Below, in pieces: positions 1-6,909 of a stretch of 13,197 bases of DNA. Both the position numbers and the translations under genes were made by a program. The stretch's first letter is position 1; every line of letters begins with the position of its first letter. Source of the DNA: an uncultured Pseudomonadota bacterium (GTDB lineage: Bacteria; BMS3Abin14); the NCBI GenBank assembly GCA_964454175.1, contig CAYVSA010000032.1:1-13197 (forward strand). The letters are read 5' to 3'. The notes beneath the pieces are model-generated. The model searched no databases. It had not been told where the DNA came from and worked only from the letters and a program-made list of their open reading frames with translations.

Positions 1-264
1 CGTCTCGGTGTTGGGTTTATCGCCTGTAATGTGGTGGTACCAGACAGCCCGGCATTATGAGTATTCTATACAGGGATTTGACCAACTACATTGGAGATGA
101 ACCGATTTTACAATCAAGTTATTCAGCCTCGCGAGACAGCGCCGTGTCCATGAGTTTAGAAAAATTCAAACGAAATATCAGCTTTCCGCAGCCCGGATGG
201 TGGATACTGCACAAGCAGCGCCACAGGCTCAACCAGACTGATTTTGTGACCTTCATCCCGACTC

Positions 265-891
265 ATGAGCGATAATTGGCGAAAACATGCCGATGGGAGT
301 TTCACCCCTTTTGAAATCGGTGAGTGTTTTTCCGTGATCCCTCCTGACTTCAGTGCAGATGATGGCAGGCTGGGCATTATACTGGGATACGGCAGAGCTT
401 TCGGCTCCGGCCGCCACGAGACCACAGAAAGCTGCGTGAAGGCTATCGAGGATCTGGCATCAATCAACGGATCCAGGGCCCTCGACCTGGGAACGGGAAC
501 AGGGATCCTTGCCCTTGCCGCCGTATTGATGGGAGCAAGTTCATGTGTTGCCCTGGACATCGAAAAAGAAGCTGTGGAAGCAGCGGCACGAAACGCTGGT
601 TTAAACGATTTAGGCAACAGGATATGGGCTGTATGTGGTGATCTCGGTTGCGTAAGGGACAGAGGTGTCTTTGACCTGATCCTGGCAAATCTTTACGGCG
701 ATATCCTCATTAACCTGACTGGAGGATTAAGCGTGCTCCTAAGGGAGGGCGGGACCATGGTGCTTTCCGGCATCGATTACGCGGATTCCACACAGTTGAA
801 GGTAAAACTGACAGAAAAGGGCCTGCTCAGTGAAAAAGTCGAGTTTCTTGACGATTATGTTACACAGGTCTGGTCAAAACCCCACGTTTGA
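265..891 (+). CDS. prmA: PrmA-like (ribosomal protein L11 methyltransferase family) class I SAM-dependent methyltransferase, short form lacking the usual N-terminal domain
   Basis: Motifs AFGSGRHETT (PrmA FGTGxHxTT), LDLGTGTGILA (SAM motif I), ALDIEKEAVEAAARNAGLN, FDLILANL and GGTMVLSGI. Only 208 aa, with an in-frame TGA at 247-249 upstream. Orthology to true prmA is uncertain. Confidence 0.8.
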   Translation: MSDNWRKHADGSFTPFEIGECFSVIPPDFSADDGRLGIILGYGRAFGSGRHETTESCVKAIEDLASINGSRALDLGTGTGILALAAVLMGASSCVALDIEKEAVEAAARNAGLNDLGNRIWAVCGDLGCVRDRGVFDLILANLYGDILINLTGGLSVLLREGGTMVLSGIDYADSTQLKVKLTEKGLLSEKVEFLDDYVTQVWSKPHV

Positions 892-892
892 C

Positions 893-979
893 TCAACCGT
901 CATCAGGAATATCCTCGAAAAGTTTCCTTATTGCCGGTTTCTGGTAGATATCATCCATCCTGAACTTCGCCAGTTCACG
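893..979 (-). pseudogene. Orphan 3' fragment of the 97-aa hypothetical gene (2533-2826)
   Basis: The minus strand translates RELAKFRMDDIYQKPAIRKLFEDIPDDG*, versus RELIKFRMDDIYLKPAIRKLFENTPANSEEE* in the intact gene. Similarity stops upstream of REL. Confidence 0.85.
910..978. repeat. Direct repeat copy 1 (partner 2559-2627)
   Basis: Ungapped manual alignment gives 57/69 identical. The exact core GGTAGATATCATCCATCCTGAA lies at 943-964. Confidence 0.95.
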
Positions 980-1067
980 CTCAGGGAGATCAGCCTCGGC
1001 AGCTGTCACTCTTGCCGAAGGGCGCACATCGGTCGATAGGTCAGCGCTGTATGAGAGGAAAATGCTA

Positions 1068-1095
1068 AGTATATAAACGCAAAGAGAGCTGTAAA
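1068..1095 (-). promoter_or_regulatory. Putative sigma70 promoter just downstream of the cyclase stop, pointing toward the orphan fragment and antisense to prmA
   Basis: The minus strand reads TTTACA-N16-TATACT in an AT-rich patch. Confidence 0.4.
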
Positions 1096-1105
1096 ATGAA
1101 CCATT

Positions 1106-2431
1106 TCATGCCTCGCCAGGGCTTGGCGAACCGGAAGGACCCGGGTGGCCGGACATAACGATGCGATCCCTGCCGGTTTGCTTGGCGGTGTACATGGCCT
1201 CGTCGGCCAGGCGGATGATCTCGTTCAGGTTCCGTTCGGCGGTGAGCTCCGCTATGCCGATGGAGATGGTCACCTTTACCGGTTCCTTGCACCCGCTGGG
1301 CAGGAACGGGGTCTCGGCCATCCGGGCGCGGATGCGCTCCGCAGGGATGAAGGCTTGTGAGGCGGATGTGTCGGGGAGGAGGATGGCGAACTCCTCTCCG
1401 CCGTAGCGAAAGCAAGTGTCCACAACTCTTACAGAGCTGCTCATGAGTTCGCCGAGGGCCTGGAGAACAACGTCACCTTCGGTGTGGCCATGTGTGTCGT
1501 TGTACATCTTGAAATGGTCCACGTCGAGGAAAAGGAGGGAGGACGATCTGTCATTGCGACAGATCCTTTCGATCTCATGCTGCACCAGTACCTGGAAGTG
1601 TCGCCGGTTATACAGGCCGGTCAGTCCGTCCGTGATGGAGAGGCTCAGAAGTTCGGCCTCCATGGCCTTGCGCTGCGAGATGTCGGTAAAGAAGCCGATG
1701 ACGCCAATTTCCAGGCCGTCCTCGAAAAGGAGGGTGCAGCTGATGCGGATGGGAATCTCCCGCCCGTGTATGTCCTGAACAATCGTCTCAAAACCTTTGA
1801 GGCTTCCATGTCCGCCGTAATTTTCCGAATAGATCTGATCCCTGATCTCTATTGCTTTCCCCTCCGGGTAAAGCTGTTTCACACGCAACTTCCTGATGAC
1901 ATCCTCACGCTTGTATCCGAAGATCTCCTCAGCCCCCTTATTGAAAATGAAGATGTTCCCCTTTCGGTCGTTTCCGATGATCCCCTCTGGGCAGGTCTGG
2001 ATGATATCATCGAGGAACCCGGTCTTTTGCTTCAAGCCCTCGTGGAGCAGCGTTAACTCGTCTTTTCGGCGGATGATCTCCAGGACATGAGTGATCATAC
2101 CGTCGCTGTCCCGGACCGGGAGTGAAGAGATTAAAACGAGGACATCTTTGCCGTCCACGTCCAAGTGGGTGTGTATGGACGACGAAGGCATCCCCGTTTC
2201 AATGGATGTCTGTGCCGGGCAGGTGTGGGCTCCGGTGTCGCACGGGGAATCCCGGCGGTGGCCTGTATTATAGCAGAACAGGTATTTTGCCTCATCCAGG
2301 GTCAGGCCGCTGGCGGTAAGGTAAGGGCCGTTGGCGTGTACGATACGCAGGTCGGGGACGGTGATCAGGACCGCCTGATCGGTCATTGCGTCAATGACGG
2401 GAAAAAAAGATGTGATTAAAAAACTGTTCAT
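1106..2431 (-). CDS. PAS-PAS-GGDEF diguanylate cyclase (cytoplasmic sensor)
   Basis: Motifs TDGLTGLYNRR, DVDHFKMYNDTHGHTEGD, RYGGEEF (GGEEF at 1388-1402) with an RxxD I-site (RVVD), VTISIGIA and ADEAMYTAKQTGRDR. Two N-terminal PAS-like segments, one ending in FTDISQRK. The start is uncertain: GTG 2449, ATG 2431 or ATG 2386. Confidence 0.95.
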   Translation of the reverse strand: MNSFLITSFFPVIDAMTDQAVLITVPDLRIVHANGPYLTASGLTLDEAKYLFCYNTGHRRDSPCDTGAHTCPAQTSIETGMPSSSIHTHLDVDGKDVLVLISSLPVRDSDGMITHVLEIIRRKDELTLLHEGLKQKTGFLDDIIQTCPEGIIGNDRKGNIFIFNKGAEEIFGYKREDVIRKLRVKQLYPEGKAIEIRDQIYSENYGGHGSLKGFETIVQDIHGREIPIRISCTLLFEDGLEIGVIGFFTDISQRKAMEAELLSLSITDGLTGLYNRRHFQVLVQHEIERICRNDRSSSLLFLDVDHFKMYNDTHGHTEGDVVLQALGELMSSSVRVVDTCFRYGGEEFAILLPDTSASQAFIPAERIRARMAETPFLPSGCKEPVKVTISIGIAELTAERNLNEIIRLADEAMYTAKQTGRDRIVMSGHPGPSGSPSPGEA

Positions 2432-2437
2432 AGTGCC

Positions 2438-2467
2438 ATTATGCCACAAAACTGTCCAGAAAGTCTA
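2438..2467 (-). promoter_or_regulatory. Putative sigma70 promoter of the diguanylate cyclase
   Basis: The minus strand reads TAGACT-N18-CATAAT with an extended -10 TG (TGgCATAAT), 6 nt before ATG 2431. Confidence 0.4.
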
Positions 2468-2532
2468 AAGTACCCAGCCGATTAGACCAATTTAAGGAGT
2501 CACACAGGCCTGGTCAAAGCCTTCGGATTAAA

Positions 2533-2826
2533 TCACTCTTCTTCGCTATTGGCGGGTGTATTCTCAAAGAGCTTCCTTATCGCCGGTTTCAGGTAGATAT
2601 CATCCATCCTGAATTTTATGAGTTCCCTTGCCATTACATCCACCGCCTCATCGGGCTGGAGTTGTCTGTCCAGGAAGATAACTGGCCTGCCCTCGATAAA
2701 AGCCAGCCCACTGTGCGCCGGGGCTTCGGTGTCTCCGAGCTTTTCTCTTCTCACCTGGACTTCCAGCCGGCTGGCCAGGAGAAGGAGCTCGGCAAGCACA
2801 AAATCATCTTTGCGCATAATGTTCAT
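2533..2826 (-). CDS. Small hypothetical protein, resembling the N-terminal part of ImmA/IrrE-type proteins but without HExxH
   Basis: 97-aa ORF 14 bp after the thioesterase stop. Pattern LEVQVRREKL...SGLAFIEGRPVIFLDRQL...VMAREL. Mostly synonymous differences against the duplicate at 893-979 support the reading frame. Confidence 0.8.
   Translation of the reverse strand: MNIMRKDDFVLAELLLLASRLEVQVRREKLGDTEAPAHSGLAFIEGRPVIFLDRQLQPDEAVDVMARELIKFRMDDIYLKPAIRKLFENTPANSEEE
2559..2627. repeat. Direct repeat copy 2 (partner 910-978)
   Basis: The exact 22-bp core lies at 2592-2613, offset 1649 bp from copy 1. Confidence 0.95.
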
Positions 2827-2840
2827 GCCATGAAAAATGT

Positions 2841-3293
2841 TTACTGGTCCCTGGCCACAACAAACACCGACTCGAATGTTACCACCACCGAACCATCCTC
2901 GCCCAGCACGTCAACATTACTCTCATAGACCCTCTCCCGGTCCAGGGACGGCTCAGCCCTTGCTATCGCCATAACCTGCCCTTCGCGAACGGGTGCAAGA
3001 AAATCCGTCTCAAGACTCACGGTGGCAAAGTGCGTGCCCTCCGGAAGCAGGGTTTTAACAGCCATGGCCGCGGCAGTGTCCGCCAGGGCAGTAATAGCCC
3101 CACCGTGAAGGAGGCCCGCGCCCTGCGCCAGTTTTACCGTGAAGGGCATGGTGAGTACTGCCTCACCGTTTGCGGCGCTCTCGATCTTCATGCCCAGAAG
3201 GAGCTCAAAGGGCGCCAGATCAACCCAGGAATCAAGATCAAAGGGAAGTTCACTTTTCGGATCCATCAGATTTTCCAATTCAGGTTTGCACAT
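2841..3293 (-). CDS. PaaI-family hotdog-fold thioesterase
   Basis: Motifs PFELLLGMKI, GLLHGGAITALADTAAAMA and ATVSLETDFLAPVREG. The start may be the second Met (MDPK). Confidence 0.92.
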   Translation of the reverse strand: MCKPELENLMDPKSELPFDLDSWVDLAPFELLLGMKIESAANGEAVLTMPFTVKLAQGAGLLHGGAITALADTAAAMAVKTLLPEGTHFATVSLETDFLAPVREGQVMAIARAEPSLDRERVYESNVDVLGEDGSVVVTFESVFVVARDQ

Positions 3294-3349
3294 GTTTTTC
3301 TCCCATAGAATTTTCCCTGCCTATAGCCCGGAGCCCAATTACATGGATC

Positions 3350-4831
3350 TCATATCATAAAATAAAGCACAACTCCCAGTGCCAGGCAGACCGCGACCCC
3401 CATGGGAATAGTACTGCGAAGGATATCTCCCTCCATCCCGGCAGCATCTGAAAGAGACGCTGCAAAGGCCACCTTGAAAGGGCTTGAAATACTCCCGATA
3501 CTGGCTCCCACCGCCAGACCTGAAATGAGCAGTTCAGGCGAGATCCCCAGGTTCGCGGCGATCCCTTTTTGAAGGACGGCAAAAAGCATGATCGACGCAA
3601 CCCCATACCCTGTCAGAAACGTTCCGACCCAACCAAGGACCGGGACTATCACAGGATATAAAGACCCGGCACCTGCCATGCTGCCCGCAAGGATCGTTGG
3701 GATATTTTTGGCTGCGTCAACTGAGGTAAGCCCTCCCATGGAGCCGGTAAAGGAGATAACCTGCCCCATGGAGCCGAACAGGGCCATTGCTGTGATGGTT
3801 TTCCAACTCTGTACGCTGCCCCTCCGGAAAAACCCCGCGAGAGAACCGCCGCGCTGCAAGGTGAAAAATCCCGTAACGAAGGCCAGCAGAAGGTACAGGT
3901 AGGCATCCGCAAGGGGACGGAACAAAACTGCATGGCCGGGTATAACCTCCACTTTCCACACCAGCACGGTCCTTACCCATTCCCTGTAGCCGGGCAGGAG
4001 ATTGGCGGCGAGAAGTCCGCCTCCCATTACCGCAAAGGGGATTATGTCTTTTAGCACCGCAGCGTCCATCTTCATGGTCTTTATTCGCGGTAAAACGATA
4101 AGAAGAATGACTGCCACGCCGCCTGCCATGGCCGCGATCTGATAGCCAGCTATTTGCACCGCTGCCCAGGCCGCAACACCCGGTACCAGACCGATCGTGG
4201 TGATGAAGGGTAATTTTCGCCAAAGGTCTCCGGAACTGCCTGCGTAAAAGGGGATAAGCCACGCCATCATAACTGTAGCCGGTATCGAGAGCACTGCGAC
4301 ATGCCCTGCAAGGACATTGGCCGGGTACCCGGTTACATTCACCATAACGGTTATGATCACACCACCTAGCGCCAGAGTCATGAGGCCGCTGTAGCCCAGA
4401 ATGCTCAGTACGGCTGAAGTGGTTGGTGACAGTCCGGAGGCCCTAAGGATAGGTGCTGCCACCGGTTCGGCGATTATACCTGCACCCTCGAGAGCATTGC
4501 CCATTCCGATCGAAAGCAGCATGAGGCTCTGCCACCTGTCTTTCGCGCCTGCAGTGATCCACTTCGATAGCCTTTCAAGGGACCCTGTCTCGACAAGGAG
4601 CGAAGAGAGCAGTATCCCGCCGTAGACAACGAGCAGCAGGGGCAGGGTGGTTACAAATCCGTCCACAATGGACAGGAGAACGACATTCATCGGTGTGTCA
4701 AAAACAAGGGGCGCGATGAATATGCACCAGACCAGACCGGCGATGCCGAGGTCCAGGGCACCCCTGCGAAACACCACTGCAAGCAGGGCGATGAGGATTA
4801 CCGGGGACCAGGCGATGATAATATTCAACAT
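3350..4831 (-). CDS. L-lactate permease (LctP family) transporter
   Basis: Highly hydrophobic multi-TM protein with LctP-like motifs AWSPVILIALL, NALEGAGIIAEPVAAPILRASG, PVLGWVGTFLTGYGVASIMLF and GASIGSISSPFKV. ATG 4831, 13 bp after the epmA stop, is preferred over GTG 4861. Confidence 0.85.
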   Translation of the reverse strand: MLNIIIAWSPVILIALLAVVFRRGALDLGIAGLVWCIFIAPLVFDTPMNVVLLSIVDGFVTTLPLLLVVYGGILLSSLLVETGSLERLSKWITAGAKDRWQSLMLLSIGMGNALEGAGIIAEPVAAPILRASGLSPTTSAVLSILGYSGLMTLALGGVIITVMVNVTGYPANVLAGHVAVLSIPATVMMAWLIPFYAGSSGDLWRKLPFITTIGLVPGVAAWAAVQIAGYQIAAMAGGVAVILLIVLPRIKTMKMDAAVLKDIIPFAVMGGGLLAANLLPGYREWVRTVLVWKVEVIPGHAVLFRPLADAYLYLLLAFVTGFFTLQRGGSLAGFFRRGSVQSWKTITAMALFGSMGQVISFTGSMGGLTSVDAAKNIPTILAGSMAGAGSLYPVIVPVLGWVGTFLTGYGVASIMLFAVLQKGIAANLGISPELLISGLAVGASIGSISSPFKVAFAASLSDAAGMEGDILRSTIPMGVAVCLALGVVLYFMI

Positions 4832-4844
4832 GTTTCGGCAGCCT

Positions 4845-5843
4845 TCAGCCGCGATCTTCACTTCTGCATGGGAACATCACCTGAGAGATATCCTCAGCTT
4901 CCATGACAAGCATTGCAAGGCGGTCTAGCCCCACCGATACTCCGGCACACTGGCCGAGCCCTCCTGCGGCCTGTATGAACTCCTCGTCAATGGACAGGTC
5001 AGGCAATCCGCTGTCTTGAAAAGACTCAAGTACTTTTTTCATCCTGCCTCTCAGATCAACCGTGTCGGTGAGTTCCGTAAATCCGTTGGCAAGTTCGAGG
5101 CCGCCCACATATATTTCAAACCTTTCAAGGATCGACGGATCACTTTCGGCCGGCTTTGCCATGGTTCCCAGAAAGGCGGGAAAATCCCTGATCACCGTTG
5201 GCCGGAACTTTCCCAGCATCGGCTCAACTGCGTCAACAAAGAGCCTGAAGAACAGATCTTCCAGGCTCTCCTCTTCGAGGCCTGCATATCCTCTTTTTTC
5301 CAGGGCATCCACAAGATGCGGCCTCTCAAAAGAAGAGGTGCCCGCAAACCTTGTAAAGGCCTCGGCCATGCTGATCTCCTCCCAGGGGCCCTCCATGTTA
5401 AACTCAACACCATCCCTGGTGACTGTAGTCTTGCCGCACACGGCCTGGCAAACGGCAAGCAGGACGTTGACAGTATCCTTCACGGCATCTCTGTAATCGG
5501 CCCCGGTCCTGTACCACTCCAGCATGGTGAACTCGAAATTGTGTATGGGGGAGGGCGATTCGTCCCGGAAGACCTGGCAGATCTGGAATATGTCCCCGGA
5601 ACCTTCTGCAACGAGTTTTTTCATCGAAAGCTCTGGTGAAGTGTGAAGCCAGAGACCTCCATCAGCCGCGCAAATGCTTCCAGGAGAAAACCACACAGGT
5701 TTGACATTGGGGTCCAGGTTGGGGAACCTGAGAGCGGCGGTTGTAGTTACCTCCACAAACCCTTCGCCATTAAAATAAGCCCGGACCGCATAATTCATAC
5801 GGGCCCGGGCTTTGAGTCTTTCGCGGGTGGTCTTAACGTTCAA
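4845..5843 (-). CDS. epmA: EF-P beta-lysine ligase (EpmA/GenX/PoxA; LysRS catalytic-domain paralog)
   Basis: Motifs LHTSPELSMKKL, IFQICQVFRDE, HNFEFTMLEWYR, ERFEIYVGGLELANGFTELTD and GVSVGLDRL. About 330 aa with no anticodon-binding domain. TTG start. Confidence 0.93.
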   Translation of the reverse strand: MNVKTTRERLKARARMNYAVRAYFNGEGFVEVTTTAALRFPNLDPNVKPVWFSPGSICAADGGLWLHTSPELSMKKLVAEGSGDIFQICQVFRDESPSPIHNFEFTMLEWYRTGADYRDAVKDTVNVLLAVCQAVCGKTTVTRDGVEFNMEGPWEEISMAEAFTRFAGTSSFERPHLVDALEKRGYAGLEEESLEDLFFRLFVDAVEPMLGKFRPTVIRDFPAFLGTMAKPAESDPSILERFEIYVGGLELANGFTELTDTVDLRGRMKKVLESFQDSGLPDLSIDEEFIQAAGGLGQCAGVSVGLDRLAMLVMEAEDISQVMFPCRSEDRG

Positions 5844-5850
5844 CTTTCAA

Positions 5851-6909
5851 CTATTTCTTCCCGGTCGCTGTCGATCCTGGCGCCTGCGGCGACAGGGCCC
5901 TGAGGCCGTATATATTCAGAAGGTCGTTGACATCTGTTGTCTTGAGGTTAAGGCCCCCTTCTGAAATCGGCAGGAGTATTATTTTCTTACCCTTGAGGAC
6001 CTCGGCGATCTTTAATTTTACCATAACCTCGCCACCCGAGCCCACAAGGGCCTCGTTCATTGCCTTTATACCCTTTGCGTCAGCCTCACCTTCAGCCTTT
6101 ATTGCCATAGCGATACTTTTTTGCTGCTGAAAGTAGGCATCCGCCTGGAGTTTGGCCCTCTCGTACTCACCGTCTGCTTCTGCCACCACCTTGTTAACCT
6201 CACCCTGGGCATCCTGCACCCTGCGCAGGTAGTCTTCCAGCACAGCCCGGGCCTGCGCCTTGTTCTTTTCCGCAAGCTGTTCGGCCACCTTGCGATCTTC
6301 GATGGCCTGTTTATAGGCTGGATTGAAGCGATAGTCCTTTGTGGAAACCCTTTCTACGTTGACACCGTACGGGTTAAGGATCTCATTGAGTACTGTACGG
6401 GCTTTTTCGGCCTTGTCCTGCCTCTGTTTTGAGATGTAGAACCCTTCCGTCTTTAGCTCACCGAAGATATCCCTGGGGCGGCTGCGGGCTACAGCTCTCA
6501 CGACATTCTGCCTTAGGAGATCATCGTTCGCGGCAACATTCTGGAGAATATATGGGGCTTTATCAGGAGCAAGGCGGTACTGGATGATAACATCGAGGCT
6601 GATGTCATTACCATCTATCGTCTTAAAGAGCAGATCGTCTCTTGCCCTCAGATCGCCCTTCCTCGGGTCGAATGTCATCTCCATGGTCTGGAGGTTCAGG
6701 TCAAACGTATTCCAATCATTAATAATGGGCATAAAAAAGTATGTTGAGCCCGGGGCATAGTATGTGGATTGAACGCCTTTTTTCCCAAAGATGCCCAGTT
6801 TGACTGTTCGAACACCCACTTCGGTGGGACCCGTTGTGTGGGGCCAGCAGCCAGCTGTCAGCAGGGACGTAAAAAGAACCGGGATCAACAACCATCTTGG
6901 ATGTCTCAT
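5851..6909 (-). CDS. SPFH/band 7 (prohibitin/HflK-like) protein with a probable lipoprotein signal
   Basis: Motifs KTIDGNDISLDVIIQYR, ILNPYGVNVERV and YKQAIEDRKVAEQ, then an Ala/Glu-rich coiled coil. N-terminus MRHPRWLLIPVLFTSLLTAG-C. GGAGG lies 6 nt before ATG 6909, which overlaps the upstream stop (TGATG). Confidence 0.9.
   Translation of the reverse strand: MRHPRWLLIPVLFTSLLTAGCWPHTTGPTEVGVRTVKLGIFGKKGVQSTYYAPGSTYFFMPIINDWNTFDLNLQTMEMTFDPRKGDLRARDDLLFKTIDGNDISLDVIIQYRLAPDKAPYILQNVAANDDLLRQNVVRAVARSRPRDIFGELKTEGFYISKQRQDKAEKARTVLNEILNPYGVNVERVSTKDYRFNPAYKQAIEDRKVAEQLAEKNKAQARAVLEDYLRRVQDAQGEVNKVVAEADGEYERAKLQADAYFQQQKSIAMAIKAEGEADAKGIKAMNEALVGSGGEVMVKLKIAEVLKGKKIILLPISEGGLNLKTTDVNDLLNIYGLRALSPQAPGSTATGKK

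Noticed and set aside
1-275. ORF 57-275 and the open frame 1-60 (RLGVGFIACNVVVPDSPAL*)
   Set aside because: No recognisable motifs, RBS or similarity to a PrmA N-domain, so neither can be supported as coding.
830-1039. 69-aa + ORF containing CHSCRRAH, reminiscent of a heme c motif
   Set aside because: It is CxxCR and not CxxCH. The ORF overlaps prmA and is antisense to the duplicated gene fragment.
980-1060. Glycine-riboswitch-like words (GGAGA...GCCGAAGG.CGCA)
   Set aside because: It lacks the conserved CUCUCAGG segment, and there is no downstream gene on that strand.
1060-1108. Selenocysteine read-through of the cyclase TGA
   Set aside because: The sequence after the TGA is AT-rich with no SECIS-like hairpin, and the GGDEF domain is already complete.
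2450-2532. c-di-GMP-I riboswitch upstream of the cyclase (GGTCTAA word on minus)
   Set aside because: The GCAAAC/GAAA/CGCAAAG elements and the P2 stem are absent.
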